Virus record (IMG/VR): IMGVR_UViG_3300029732_000280
Source: a virus
Lineage: Duplodnaviria > Heunggongvirae > Uroviricota > Caudoviricetes
Length of the DNA stretch: 64,000 bases
Reading direction: 5' to 3' (one strand)
The notes under the pieces are model-generated. The model did not search any database. It saw only the letters and a list, made by a program, of their open reading frames with translations, and was not told where the DNA came from. A program made the position numbers and the translations under genes. Shown piece by piece: positions 19,501 through 29,370 of the stretch (position 1 is the stretch's first letter; each line of letters begins with the position of its first letter).

Positions 19501-19898
19501 TTATCCATCTCGGACTTACTGGCCGCAACCGCACTGTTTGCGGCATCGACCTTCTGGGTGATATCCGCTACATCCTGTGCGGTCATCTTGCGCAGGGCTG
19601 CCACATCTGATGCAGTATCTGCACGAAGCTGTTCTACATCTGCTGCAGTATCCTTGCGGAATTGCTCCACTTCTTCTGCCGTATTCTGGCGGTACAGAGC
19701 CATCTGCTCCGAGAACCGGGAACACATCGCCCAGTATTCCTCCTGTGACAGAAGTGTTCCGGCCGGCACAGGTTTCCGGCTCATATAGCTGTCGCCTGTG
19801 GATTCCTCATACACAATGGTAAGAGGCTCATATTCTTTTGCTTTGTCCCAGACACCATCATGGCGAGGGACGATTCGGTTGCCGATATATTCCGACAT
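16593..19898 (-). CDS. Tail fibre/receptor-binding protein 1 (1101 aa) with a C-terminal SGNH/GDSL hydrolase domain.
   Basis: N-terminal MSEYIGNRIVPRHDGVWDKAKEYE, paralogous to fibre 2. C-terminal ICICGDSLVDNG and LIALGTNDV are SGNH blocks I and III. ATG with RBS. Confidence 0.7.
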   Translation of the reverse strand: MSEYIGNRIVPRHDGVWDKAKEYEPLTIVYEESTGDSYMSRKPVPAGTLLSQEEYWAMCSRFSEQMALYRQNTAEEVEQFRKDTAADVEQLRADTASDVAALRKMTAQDVADITQKVDAANSAVAASKSEMDKTAETLKAQINANVKASTDKNANYAQELVDARVDDEGKTYPTAGDNIRAVGRVRSMQNIMKNWVIKNGYANQNGNLVASESWRVAHMVPVSGDAILVDGQFGYMSGRDDYNNVVCYDMDRKFLGGCFRAESGKVYDNYVITLLPNTRFISVTTNEKLFSKLSVYLYDNMLPMRLLSNYATGWQWMNGSVDIRFTGSKVTVTFPEGKSVYVCRRTNGIQYEQTKLVAENSTSFDFAVVGKWWAIYYDGAEASANETGEKTEVPVIKVENTSGDSWGDLFTKGRFVFAVFFDWNVVYAAPSSSGTVINGIDYGNPAKIANTVMTWHKYRSAKMFLATGQFAIDTVNRTIQVTKRILAVVDNGAYYWISASEEPVPMLDSTEAEKHHMLILAYDSSIDQINLYNTAQFRALGVNGYYIAAWYENHFWYPHMGSSFSIVLDGTTYKAGELFDEERRDSYIEKKYEDRFQQLRTDLAGKDSRHMYLASGGITIDQDAGTIQVSTKCLGVPDTFHYEWIMAGDPVEMAFNTPSSTFGMPMRILAYDAGTKTINLYDTSLFRKLGTNGFYIASWYQSKLYNPHIHPDVKFIVGGKEYKAGDLFADNAASFIPKRITDYVQKAITPAVEDDIVTPSHWDCMEGRQLSIFFDCLSRHDGKENLYVLARGTNAPSLTRNEYCMNYTPTKDSTDFALTVRRLDEDDCHTVSSKPVQVRVHHKLKDKLTKNICICGDSLVDNGFVATEVYRLLAEDNDCVIHQLGTRGPSGGKHEGRGSWTFARYLADTDYAGKTNAFWDKIKGRLDFQKYCETNGYEGIDYFLIALGTNDVSQGTTLYRTEAEVQKFVDQAKQFIDALLDKETGFPNCKIGIGLCGPGSDYSYQCGSSMGIFHMSINTLNLALIKAFDAGKYRKNVTCFAHGLRTDRRLAFPYSDKPVTNRFTETSRTLTNSIHPSGRGYQAWADGYYCQIRAWLTEDSK

Positions 19899-19920
19899 AT
19901 TTTCCCCTTTCCCGGCTCTA

Positions 19921-20589
19921 TCAGCCGTTTGCAAATTCTACGATCAATCGTCCATCACCATCCATCGAGAAGATGAGCTTCAGACCATCCTCGGTGGTGA
20001 AAGCAAGATAACCGTCATCCGTAACCGTACAGTTCAAAAGATTTTCGATGAATTTCTGGATTGTGCTGGATTCCGACTTGTCACTGAAGCCGAGTCCGTC
20101 CTCCGACACAATGGCAAAATAGCCATCGTCCGTGATATACACTTCCAGCAGTCCCTGGCGGATGGCTTCCACAACACCGGCGTAGGTATAAGTGGCGATC
20201 TTGCCGTTGTTGATGGCTGCCCGCTCCACCTTCAATGTGAGGGAGAACGAACCAAGGACATCACCCGCTGTGCTGAGCATAACAACATCCAGCGGAAACC
20301 GCCCGGCCTGTGCGGTCATGAAGGTCGTGATCGTAAAGACGACCGCCCCATTTTCAACAAACACAAGGTCGGATGCTGTTTCGCTGGTGTAGTGAAAGAT
20401 CGTACCGTCCGGTCTGGTACCGGAACAGGCAACGATGCAGTCCTGTGGCACGAAATACTGCACCGAGTTGTTATACAAAACACAGCGAACTTTCCGTGCT
20501 TTGTTGTCATACTGCTTAACCGGAACTGTCACCGGGATCAGGTTCTCCGTCAGCGACAGCTCCACTTCCTGATAAATGCTTGTGACCAT
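19921..20589 (-). CDS. Baseplate protein, BppU-N-like (upper baseplate / fibre attachment).
   Basis: Position between Tal and the fibres. N-terminal beta-rich region VELSLTENLIPVTVPVKQYDNKARKV resembles the BppU_N fold. Low sequence certainty. Confidence 0.35.
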   Translation of the reverse strand: MVTSIYQEVELSLTENLIPVTVPVKQYDNKARKVRCVLYNNSVQYFVPQDCIVACSGTRPDGTIFHYTSETASDLVFVENGAVVFTITTFMTAQAGRFPLDVVMLSTAGDVLGSFSLTLKVERAAINNGKIATYTYAGVVEAIRQGLLEVYITDDGYFAIVSEDGLGFSDKSESSTIQKFIENLLNCTVTDDGYLAFTTEDGLKLIFSMDGDGRLIVEFANG

Positions 20590-22538
20590 TACGCGCCCCC
20601 TCCTTCCTGATTGGTCTTCTTATCATCTGTTTCTTCTTTGCTCCCATTATCTTTTCCTTCGGTGTCCGGGTTCTCCGGTTCCGTCGGTGTGGTCGGTTCC
20701 GTTGGCTGTTCCGGCTCATAGCCGATGGTCTGCCACTGTTCTCCATCCCAGAGCTTTAACTGCAGGTTCTTCTTATCGACCCAGAGCGTATCTGCTGCCG
20801 GGACTTCCGGTGCGGTTTCCGATACCGGGACACTCGGCTGGTACTTTTCATCCAGTTCTTTTTCGACCTCTTCCGACAGCTTCTTCGCCGCACTGTATCT
20901 CTCGTCCAACTCCTTTTGCAGATCTTCTGAGATTTCCGTAAGGGTGCCATACCGCTTATCCAGTTTCTCATACAGCTCTTTGGACAGCTTTTTGGCAGTT
21001 TCGTACCGCTGATCGAGTGTTTTCTGAAGCTCGGCAGAGATAGCGGTCGCTGTTTTGTACCGCTCATCCAGTTCCTTCAGCAGCTCCTCGGAAAGCTCCG
21101 TGGCTTTCTTGTAGCGGTCATCCAGTTCCTTGAGGGTTTGTTCCAGCAGGATCGCCGTCCTGACTGCCGTGTCATCCGACTCCCAGCCATAGCCCCACGT
21201 TTTACCGCCATCCGTGGATACAAACAGCCCGGCAGAGCTGTTCTTCCATGCGACCGTGGACTGTTTCAAAGTTGCCGCATTGAATGCATAACGGGTCGTG
21301 TTTCCCTTGCTGTCCGTCTCATTTTTATAATGTAGTCCAAACAGCGCAGCAAAAAGCGTACCGTCATAAATGATGGATGCCGTGATTCCACCGACCTGCT
21401 CTCCCACTGCTGTCTCCGCACGGACTGCCGTATCGTAGGCAATCGTTGCTGTATTCCGGATGCTGTTGAGCGAACCAGTCAGAGAAGAATTCCGGCTGCT
21501 GACCGTGGAGTTCGACAGCGTAATGCTGTTATAGCGTTCCAGCAGCGCATCATACTCGGTTTCGGTGACTTTGGAACTGACCTCAATGCCCAGCTTTGAG
21601 ATATACACATGGACCGTATCGCAAAGGGAGACACGCTCTGCTTCCACGATGTCCTCATACCCCGGCGTATTCCAGAGCTGTAAAAAGTCGATCTTGATGT
21701 CGATCTCCGGCTCCGTTAAGTCCGTGGTGTCGATATAGTTCTGTGCGTATTCCCGGAGTGCCGCTTCACTCGGCTTTTCCTGAAAATTGCTGGTACAGTC
21801 CAGCACGGTAACCTTCTGGTAAGGAATTGACCGTTTGCTTTGCAGCACCACCTTCTCCGGCAGTTCCATAACCGCCTGGGTTTCATTGTCCACCCAGTAC
21901 GGATGCACACCAGTGATCGTATTCTCGATGGATTTCTCCATCTTGAAGTCTGTCAGGTTCTTCCCGTAGATGATGTGGACATTGTGATCCGCACCTCTGG
22001 TTTTATGAAACTTGACCGTGTAGCGATCCCACTCAAATTCACCGCCGAAGGTATCCAGCACGGAAGCATCCATGCCACCCAGACAGTTACGGAAGGACGA
22101 TGGAACGCCCAGCGTAAAAGTTGCACTGGAGTCCACATCCGTCCAGACATCGAAAGGGCAGTCAGAAGCAGCGTGGCTTTTCAGCCCCTGCATTGCTCCC
22201 GCACACCCAGTCACTGAGAACGGGGAAACTGTGATGAAGTTCAGCTGGTAGGAAATGTGCCGAGCCTGAACTTCCAGCTTTCCATCTATCGGGGTCGTGA
22301 TCTTGTAGATGCGGAACGGCTGAGACTGCATGGTATCGGATGGCTTGGCAAGGATGATATTCCCCTCCTCCAGCATCTCTGCATGGATGCCATCTGCCGG
22401 ACAGACCAGCTTCAGTTCATAGCTTCCGTTTCTCTTTTCCGTTACGGTACAAGACTGTGCATCTGCCAGCTTTCCAATACCGTTATGATTGAACTTCATC
22501 TCTGTTGATGCATATAAACATGGGATCACTGGCTGCAC
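20589..22538 (-). CDS. Tail-associated lysin/endopeptidase (Tal, prophage tail endopeptidase family) with C-terminal tandem coiled-coil repeats. Start is uncertain: GTG at 22538 or 22529, or ATG at 22499.
   Basis: Position after Dit. About 6 tandem ~17-aa repeats (LKELDERYKTATAISAE...), then a Pro/Thr/Glu-rich tail. Confidence 0.6.
   Translation of the reverse strand: MQPVIPCLYASTEMKFNHNGIGKLADAQSCTVTEKRNGSYELKLVCPADGIHAEMLEEGNIILAKPSDTMQSQPFRIYKITTPIDGKLEVQARHISYQLNFITVSPFSVTGCAGAMQGLKSHAASDCPFDVWTDVDSSATFTLGVPSSFRNCLGGMDASVLDTFGGEFEWDRYTVKFHKTRGADHNVHIIYGKNLTDFKMEKSIENTITGVHPYWVDNETQAVMELPEKVVLQSKRSIPYQKVTVLDCTSNFQEKPSEAALREYAQNYIDTTDLTEPEIDIKIDFLQLWNTPGYEDIVEAERVSLCDTVHVYISKLGIEVSSKVTETEYDALLERYNSITLSNSTVSSRNSSLTGSLNSIRNTATIAYDTAVRAETAVGEQVGGITASIIYDGTLFAALFGLHYKNETDSKGNTTRYAFNAATLKQSTVAWKNSSAGLFVSTDGGKTWGYGWESDDTAVRTAILLEQTLKELDDRYKKATELSEELLKELDERYKTATAISAELQKTLDQRYETAKKLSKELYEKLDKRYGTLTEISEDLQKELDERYSAAKKLSEEVEKELDEKYQPSVPVSETAPEVPAADTLWVDKKNLQLKLWDGEQWQTIGYEPEQPTEPTTPTEPENPDTEGKDNGSKEETDDKKTNQEGGGA
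20810..21150 (-). repeat. Tandem ~51-bp coding repeats (KELDERY units) inside the Tal gene.
   Basis: Protein-level repeats ELDDRYKKATELSEELLK / ELDERYKTATAISAELQK / TLDQRYETAKKLSKELYEK / LDKRYGTLTEISEDLQK / ELDERYSAAKKLSEEVEK. Approximate coordinates. Confidence 0.5.
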
Positions 22539-22545
22539 CTCCCTC

Positions 22546-23328
22546 TTACAGCGTCCACCAGCGTGGAGTCACCTCCACCGCCGTGATGCCGCCTGTCCAT
22601 GCGATTTGTGTCTTTCCCTCCGGCAGTTCCGGGAAATCATCCGAAAGGATGGTCTCATTGCAGAAGCCGGAAGCGTTGTAAGCGTTGTGCGTTTCACAGT
22701 TGAGCAGCACGTAGTCCTTGATGCTGTGGATGGTGATCTTCTCCTCACCCACATACAGTTCGCCGCCAGAATCCCCGTAGATCTTGAAGATAGGCTGTGC
22801 CGGAAAAGCGAAGGGGTTCTTTAAGGTCGACCTGCCATCCAGCCGGATCACCCTCTGCCCATCCACGCTCCAACGCTGGGGCTTACAGTTGAATGTCAGC
22901 TCCATCTCAGCGGCTTTCTGGGCTGTCACATCAAATTCCAGGGCGTCCTTGCAGACTGCCATCCGGAAGAAATCCGGGTCGTAGGTGTCCTGCAATTTCT
23001 GATACCCGATCGGAGATAACAGCCATGCCTTGACCGCTGCGGTCTTGGCAGGCAGACCGTTGAAGAAAAATGCCTTATACTTGATATCCACGTTCTGATA
23101 CCTACGCCTGCCTGTCCTTGCATTCTCGGTGATGATGTCCCCGTTCCTGCCGGGTACGGAGGTGCTCTCCACATCCGCAGCCGGGGAATCATACACACCG
23201 GGACCAGACAAATATAAAAGGAAGTCCTTGCTGGACTTCCCGGCAAAGGACAGATACTGTCTGGCATATCTGCCTTTGAGCTGAAACTGTGATACTGTCT
23301 GCTTTGGGGTGTTATAGCCCATACGCAT
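22546..23328 (-). CDS. Distal tail protein (Dit, siphovirus tail component family).
   Basis: Position immediately after the tape measure. 260 aa beta-rich. ATG with RBS AAAGGAGGAG. Confidence 0.65.
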   Translation of the reverse strand: MRMGYNTPKQTVSQFQLKGRYARQYLSFAGKSSKDFLLYLSGPGVYDSPAADVESTSVPGRNGDIITENARTGRRRYQNVDIKYKAFFFNGLPAKTAAVKAWLLSPIGYQKLQDTYDPDFFRMAVCKDALEFDVTAQKAAEMELTFNCKPQRWSVDGQRVIRLDGRSTLKNPFAFPAQPIFKIYGDSGGELYVGEEKITIHSIKDYVLLNCETHNAYNASGFCNETILSDDFPELPEGKTQIAWTGGITAVEVTPRWWTL

Positions 23329-23336
23329 CTCCTCCT

Positions 23337-26300
23337 TTACTTGAAGACCGAATCATCCTCGTGGATCATGCCGTTGATCTTATCGGCAACGGTCTGTGCG
23401 AGTTCATCATCGTTCCGGGCATTATAGCCGTTGACCGTGATATATACGCCACCAAGGTTGGTCGTCCGGGTGGTACCGCCTCCGGCCAGAGCCGCCTGCG
23501 GGAAATTCCAGCCAGAGCCATCGAAGTGCGGCAGGGTCAGTTCCGGCAGACTGAAGGAACTGATGCCCTCCATACCCTGCTGCACCTTTGCTGCCATCGA
23601 CCTGATCTGGCTGATTAGTCCGCCCTCGCCTTTCTTGATGCCGCCGGAAAGCAGCTTCATAAAGTCTGGCATATAGGTGTCCGCATCTGCCAGAGGTCCT
23701 TCATCCGGCACAGAGAAGTGCAGGAACGAACGGATACCGCTTGCCACACTCTTGACCGCACTGCCGACCCAGCTCACACCCTTCTTGATGCCTCCTGCAA
23801 TACCGCCAACGATATCCTTGCCCCAGCTGACTGCCGAGGAAGCCACGTTCTTGATACCGCCCCAGATGGACGATGCCACGTTGCCGATGGCAGAAGCCGC
23901 ATTGGAGATACCGTTCTTGATGGCATTTACTCCATTCGAGAATACCGAAGTGACCTTGTTCCAGATATTCGTGACTCCTTCCCGGAAGCCATCGCAGTTT
24001 TTCCAGAGAGCGGTCAGTCCAAGACCGATGCCGCCAACGGCCGCCACTGCGATACCTGCAGGACCCGCCAGACCAGCAAGTGCTGTGCCTGCGGATGCGA
24101 GGAAACCACCTGCGGAGCTTGCTACGCCTGCAAGAGCCGTACCCGCACCTGCCGCCAGACCAGATACGGCCGTGCCAACCGAGCCGAACAGTCCTGCGAT
24201 TGCGGAGCCGGCAGAACCAGCAATTCCGCCCAATGTGGAACCCACACCAGACAGAAGCCCAGAAAGACTGCCGCCTAAGCCACCGATCTTCGTCACTACA
24301 CCGGAAAGCAGCCCGCCCAGATTCGACAGGATTCCCCCACCGCTGGAGCCAAGGCTTCCCAGCTTCGAGATGATACCGGAGATTCCCTCTCCCAGACCAC
24401 CCATTTTGGAGGTCAGCCCGGAGATCAGGTTGCCAAAGTTCGACACGATCTGACCGCCGTCTGCACTGCCGATCTTCGACAGGAAACTGCCGAGGTTAGA
24501 CAGCAGACCGCCTCCGTTTTCGGAGCCAAGGACATTGCCGAGGTTCTGCAACGTACTTCCGAGGTTTCCGATGGTGTTCTTCATGGAGCCGAGCTTGTCC
24601 ACAAGACCAGTAACTGTATTGACCGTGTCACCGACTTTGTTGATGCCGCTTCCCAGGTTCTTTAGGAAGTCCGAATTGAAGGTATCGCCAAGGCTGCGGA
24701 TCGCATTCCCAAGGGAACTGGTCTGAGAACTCAGTTCTCCAATGGAATCCTTCATATCCGTAAAGCCCTGCTTCACTTCATCGCTCATACTGCCGACTGC
24801 AGTTTTGGTGATGCCCTGCAGGTCAGTCCAGAGCTGCTGGAACTGTGTTTTCAGCCCGGAAAGCCCGGTCATCAGCTGAGACTGGATACCGCTTCCCACA
24901 TCCCTTGCAGCACTGCCGACACCGCTCTGGCTTCTCTTGATCGTGGTAGCAAAACTGCCGACCACAGAATCCATCCAGTCGCCCAGAGAATCCACCGGAG
25001 TCGTGAGGTTACTGCTCATAGACCCGGCAAGCCCCTGCACAGCCTTCACCACCGACTTGACATTTTTCTTAATGCCGGTCGCCAGCAGCTTCATGAAGTC
25101 AGGCATATAGGTGTCTGCATCGGACAGAGGTCCTTCGTCCGGCACAGAGAAATGCAACAGACTTCTGACCCTGCTTGCAACATTTTCTGCCGCCGCGATC
25201 ACGGAACCAGCCGCTGCCCGGACACCTGCCGCCATCTGGGAACAGATATCTGCACCCCAGCGGTATGCCGAAGAAGCAATCGAACCGAGCGAGTTAAAGC
25301 TGCTCCTGATACTTGCAACACCAGAAGAAACCGTGCTGCGCAGGCTGGACATTGCCGAAGACACCGTGGACTTGATGCTGTTGAAAGCAGAGGTCGTAGT
25401 GGATTTCAGTGTGTTCCAGCCGCTTGTGACCGTACTACGGACAGCTGTGACAGAAGAAGTCGTAAGGGACTTGATACTATTCCATGCAGTCGTAATGACT
25501 GTTTTGATACCATTCCAGCTAGTGTTTGTCAGAGTTTTCACTGCGTTCCATGCGCTGGTCATGGACGATTTTACAGAAGCAGTCGCCGAAGTAGTCAGAG
25601 ACTTAATTCCGTTCCATGCTGTGGTGATAACGCTCTTGATTCCGTTCCAGCTGGTCGTTGTCAGCGACTTCACTGCATTCCATGCACTGGTCATGGACGT
25701 TTTCACTGCTACTGTTGCGGAAATCACATTAGATTTCACCGCCGCAAAGCTGGTTTGGATGGTGGTCTTGATGCTGTTCCATGTGCTGGTGGTACTGGTC
25801 GTAATGGAACTCCATGCGGATCTCATCGCGGCACTTACACCTGCCGTTCCGGTTCTTGCCGTCTGGCTGATGGCTGTCCAGCTCTTACTGTATGCCTGCT
25901 CCACTCCCCTCATGGAGTTGGTGATGGAGGTAGACAGCGTGGTGGACAGGTTCTCCGCCGCCGCAGTCACAAGGCTGGTGTTGGTCGTGATACCGTTTGC
26001 CAGACCCTGCATGAAGTCCGGCATCCAGCTTTCCATATCAGCCAGAGGTCCCTCATCCGGCACAGAGAAATGCAGGAAGGAACGGATACGGTCCGCCACT
26101 CCCGATACGGCACTTGCCACATCCTGAATCCTCGACTGGATACCCGACACAATGTTGCCAATCATGTCAGAGCCCCACGAGAATGCCTGTCCAGCCAGCC
26201 CCTTGATAAAGGAGACTGCACTGTTAAAGCCGTTCGTGATGGTGGTCTTGATACCGGAAATCGTAGAGGAAATCCCGGATTTCATCGAGTTAAAGGCTGT

Positions 26301-29246
26301 GGTCGCTGCGCTCTTGATGCTGTTACTGAGGGACGATACCGTGGATTTCATGGCATTCCAGCCGGAAGAAACCACCGATTTGATTCCATTTACCACACCA
26401 GAGATCTTGCTGCTGATGGCTCTCCAGATGGAAGAAACCGTGGACTGGATCGCAGAAAGGACTGTCGAAATGACCGTCTTGATCGCATTCCATGCCGTGC
26501 TCATCCTAGTCTGGATGCCAGTCAGCAGCGGAGACAGGAAGGATACAATGGCGTTCCATACAGTTGTCACTGCGGTCTGGATTGCAGTCAGCACCGTGGA
26601 GATGGCTGTCTGGATTGCCGACCAAACCGTAGAGAAAGTCGTCTGCAGTCCAGTCAGGAGCGGAGTCACAAAGGCGACGATAGCGTTCCAGATGGAAGTG
26701 ATCTTCGTCTGAATTGCGGTCAGTGCCACGCCGATCAGAATCTGGATCGCCTGCCAGATGGTCTCAAACAGATATTTGAACGCATCCAGCAAAGGCTTGA
26801 TGGTGTTGTAGATGCCGTTCCACACCGAAGTGATCGTCGTACTGATGGTGTTCATGACCGTAGAGATCGCGGTCGAGATCGCCGTCCACACAGTTGTCAC
26901 CGTGGTATGGATCGTATTCAGCACAGACGAAACTGCTGTGGAAATGGCCGTCCAGATGGTGCTGAAGGTCGTCTGGATACTCGTAAGGACAGTCGTAAAA
27001 AAGCTCGAAACCGCAGTGAACACAGTCGTCGCCACACTCTGGATAGCAGAAACTGTGTTTGAGAAGAAGCTGCTGATTCCGTTCCACACGGTCTCGAAGA
27101 AGTTCTTGATACTGCCCCAGACAGTCTGCCAGTCCGTACCGAACAGACCAAGGAACACATCCAGCGCACTCTTCAGAGCAGTAAGGGTCGTGGAGAAAAT
27201 GGACTTCACGCCATCCCAGATACTGGAGAAGATGCCCTTTGCCGCTTCCCATGCGCCGCTCCAGTTGCCGGAGAACACATTGGAAAAGACATCAAATAGA
27301 CCGAGCAGTGTATCCAGAACCGTACTCAATACCGTAGCCACAATCTGGAACGCTCCCTCAAACAGCGGTGCAAGCACCTGACAGAAGCCATCCCATACTG
27401 CCTTCAGTACCTCAGTGACATCCTTAAAATCAAAGCCCAGCCCATTGATCCGCTGTGTCAGCTGGTCGCAGAAGCCTTTCACCTTGGAAACGATGTCGTT
27501 CCAGATGCCGGTAATGGCAGTACGGAACTCCTCGTTGGTGTTCCAGAGATTCATGAACGACGCCACCAGTGTACCGACGACCGCCACCACTGCTACGACC
27601 GGGCCGGACAGACCACCCAGAACCACACCCAGCTTGCTGAACACACCGCTGGCACTGCCCACATGGGTGATAAGAAGCCGGACACCCTTTGCAAGAGAAC
27701 TGAATCCCCGCATCGCTGTGCCGACGGTCGATATGGTCTTGCCAAGCACAATGAGCAGCGGACCAATGGAGGCTGCCAGGAGTCCGATCTTGATGATCGT
27801 TTCCCTGGTACTTTCATCCATGCTGTTGAGCTTGTCCACGAACTGCTGCACGGCAGATACGATCTTGCGGATGGTGGGCATCAGAATGTCGCCAAAAGAA
27901 ATAGCCAGCTCCTCCAGCTGAGATTTCAGGATGGTGAGCTGACCATTTAAATTGTCCTGCATGGTCTCTGCCATGCTCTCGGATGCGCCATCGCAGTTTT
28001 CAATGGCTCCACGCAGTTTGTTGATGTCTGTCTCGCTGGAATTCATCAGGGCAAGGAAGCCGGACATGGCATTCTTGCCAACCAGTGCCTCTGCATTGGA
28101 TGCTTTTTCAGATTCAGTCAAGCCAGAAAATGCTACACGGCAGTCTGCAAGGATATCGTTCAGGCTCCTCATACTGCCATCTGCATTGCTGGTGGCAATC
28201 GTAACTTCACCGATGTTCTTGCCCGCAAAGGTCACTTCACCGGAAAGGTTGTTCATGATGGTACGAAGGGACGTACCAGCCTGCGAAGCCTTGATACCAC
28301 TGTTTGCCATCAGACCGATGGCTTCTGCGGTATCCTCTGCCGAGAACCCCAGCGCACCGGCGATAGGCGCGCAGTACTTGAACGTTTCGCCCATCAAGCT
28401 GACATTGGTGTTCGCATTGGAAGAAGCGGCTGCAAGGATATCTGCAAAATGCCCAGAATCCGCAGCGGATAAGCCGAACGCGGTAAGGGCATCGGTAACA
28501 ATATCTGAAGTCGTAGCGAGGTCTTCACCCGAAGCGGCCGCGAGGTTCATGATGCCCTCGATGCCGTTCAGCATGTCAGAAGTCTTCCATCCGGCCATGG
28601 CCATGTATTCCATCGCTGAAGCTGCCTCGGATGCAGAGAACTTGGTCTTTGCACCCATCTCACGGGCTTTCGCACGGAGCTGATCAAAGTCATCCCCGGT
28701 CGCACCGGAAATGGCAGAGACCTTACTCATCTCGGAATCGAAATCGGCTGCGGTCTTCACTGCTGCCGTACCAAGACCCGTTACAGTGGCAGTCACCGGC
28801 AGGAACTTCTTACCGACATTCTCCACAGAAGATCCGATGTTCTGGAGCTTTTCTCCGGCTTCATCGATTTTGGCAAGAGTCGCATTGGTAGTAGCCGCCT
28901 GATCCTGTAAGGATCGCAGATTCTGTTCGGTCTCCACGATCTCACGCTGAAGAGCATCGTACTGCTGCTGGGTGATCTCACCGTTGGCAAGCTGCTCATT
29001 GGCCTGCTGTGCGGCAGTTTTCAAAGTTGCCAGCTTTTCCTTAGTGGCTTCAATGGCATCCTTCAGCATCTTCTGCTTCTGGACAACCAGTTCTGTATTG
29101 GAGGGGTCCAGTTTCAGGAGTTTGTTGACATCCTTCAGTCCTGACTGCGTCCCCTTAATTGACTTGTTTACACTTTCCAGTGCTTTGGAGAGCTTTGTGG
29201 TATCGCCGCCGATCTCAACGGTGATGCCCTGGATTCTGGATGCCAT
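23337..29246 (-). CDS. Tail tape measure protein (1969 aa) with three internal copies of a ~35-aa motif and very long Thr/Ser/Ala-rich repeat stretches.
   Basis: AMEYMAMAGWKTSDMLNGIEGIMNLAAASGEDLATTSD is a TP901-type TMP core. The motif RSFLHFSVPDEGPLAD..YMPDFM occurs three times. Start is ATG 29246 with RBS AAGGAGGTG; the track start at 29291 has no RBS. Confidence 0.9.
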   Translation of the reverse strand: MASRIQGITVEIGGDTTKLSKALESVNKSIKGTQSGLKDVNKLLKLDPSNTELVVQKQKMLKDAIEATKEKLATLKTAAQQANEQLANGEITQQQYDALQREIVETEQNLRSLQDQAATTNATLAKIDEAGEKLQNIGSSVENVGKKFLPVTATVTGLGTAAVKTAADFDSEMSKVSAISGATGDDFDQLRAKAREMGAKTKFSASEAASAMEYMAMAGWKTSDMLNGIEGIMNLAAASGEDLATTSDIVTDALTAFGLSAADSGHFADILAAASSNANTNVSLMGETFKYCAPIAGALGFSAEDTAEAIGLMANSGIKASQAGTSLRTIMNNLSGEVTFAGKNIGEVTIATSNADGSMRSLNDILADCRVAFSGLTESEKASNAEALVGKNAMSGFLALMNSSETDINKLRGAIENCDGASESMAETMQDNLNGQLTILKSQLEELAISFGDILMPTIRKIVSAVQQFVDKLNSMDESTRETIIKIGLLAASIGPLLIVLGKTISTVGTAMRGFSSLAKGVRLLITHVGSASGVFSKLGVVLGGLSGPVVAVVAVVGTLVASFMNLWNTNEEFRTAITGIWNDIVSKVKGFCDQLTQRINGLGFDFKDVTEVLKAVWDGFCQVLAPLFEGAFQIVATVLSTVLDTLLGLFDVFSNVFSGNWSGAWEAAKGIFSSIWDGVKSIFSTTLTALKSALDVFLGLFGTDWQTVWGSIKNFFETVWNGISSFFSNTVSAIQSVATTVFTAVSSFFTTVLTSIQTTFSTIWTAISTAVSSVLNTIHTTVTTVWTAISTAISTVMNTISTTITSVWNGIYNTIKPLLDAFKYLFETIWQAIQILIGVALTAIQTKITSIWNAIVAFVTPLLTGLQTTFSTVWSAIQTAISTVLTAIQTAVTTVWNAIVSFLSPLLTGIQTRMSTAWNAIKTVISTVLSAIQSTVSSIWRAISSKISGVVNGIKSVVSSGWNAMKSTVSSLSNSIKSAATTAFNSMKSGISSTISGIKTTITNGFNSAVSFIKGLAGQAFSWGSDMIGNIVSGIQSRIQDVASAVSGVADRIRSFLHFSVPDEGPLADMESWMPDFMQGLANGITTNTSLVTAAAENLSTTLSTSITNSMRGVEQAYSKSWTAISQTARTGTAGVSAAMRSAWSSITTSTTSTWNSIKTTIQTSFAAVKSNVISATVAVKTSMTSAWNAVKSLTTTSWNGIKSVITTAWNGIKSLTTSATASVKSSMTSAWNAVKTLTNTSWNGIKTVITTAWNSIKSLTTSSVTAVRSTVTSGWNTLKSTTTSAFNSIKSTVSSAMSSLRSTVSSGVASIRSSFNSLGSIASSAYRWGADICSQMAAGVRAAAGSVIAAAENVASRVRSLLHFSVPDEGPLSDADTYMPDFMKLLATGIKKNVKSVVKAVQGLAGSMSSNLTTPVDSLGDWMDSVVGSFATTIKRSQSGVGSAARDVGSGIQSQLMTGLSGLKTQFQQLWTDLQGITKTAVGSMSDEVKQGFTDMKDSIGELSSQTSSLGNAIRSLGDTFNSDFLKNLGSGINKVGDTVNTVTGLVDKLGSMKNTIGNLGSTLQNLGNVLGSENGGGLLSNLGSFLSKIGSADGGQIVSNFGNLISGLTSKMGGLGEGISGIISKLGSLGSSGGGILSNLGGLLSGVVTKIGGLGGSLSGLLSGVGSTLGGIAGSAGSAIAGLFGSVGTAVSGLAAGAGTALAGVASSAGGFLASAGTALAGLAGPAGIAVAAVGGIGLGLTALWKNCDGFREGVTNIWNKVTSVFSNGVNAIKNGISNAASAIGNVASSIWGGIKNVASSAVSWGKDIVGGIAGGIKKGVSWVGSAVKSVASGIRSFLHFSVPDEGPLADADTYMPDFMKLLSGGIKKGEGGLISQIRSMAAKVQQGMEGISSFSLPELTLPHFDGSGWNFPQAALAGGGTTRTTNLGGVYITVNGYNARNDDELAQTVADKINGMIHEDDSVFK

Positions 29247-29304
29247 TTGCGTAACCACCTCCTTGCAGGCATGAAAAAAGCCCATCTGCACGGGACAGAC
29301 AGGC

Positions 29305-29360
29305 TAAAAATGGGTATAAAAATGGGTATAAAAATACCCCGTCAGATTTCTCCAACGGGG
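29305..29360 (-). terminator. Intrinsic terminator closing the AbiE cassette. Contains a duplicated 12-mer (TGGGTATAAAAA x2 on the plus strand).
   Basis: Minus-strand CCCCGTTGGAGAAATCTGACGGGG hairpin followed by TATTTTTATACCCATTTTTATACCCATTTTT. Confidence 0.75.
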
Positions 29361-29370
29361 TTGCTACCGA

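Noticed and set aside
13694-19788. Several 100-434-aa plus-strand ORFs within the fibre genes (13694..14683, 17217..18521 and others).
   Set aside because: They are antisense to fibre genes that carry conserved N-terminal and SGNH motifs, and they have no RBS or start context.
23677-27381. Long plus-strand ORFs (e.g. 25152..27062 at 636 aa, 25111..26127, 23677..24453, 26812..27381) inside the tape-measure region.
   Set aside because: They are antisense to the tape measure gene, whose repetitive Thr/Ser/Ala-rich codon usage keeps the opposite frames open. They have no RBS and are low-complexity Arg/Cys/His-rich translations.
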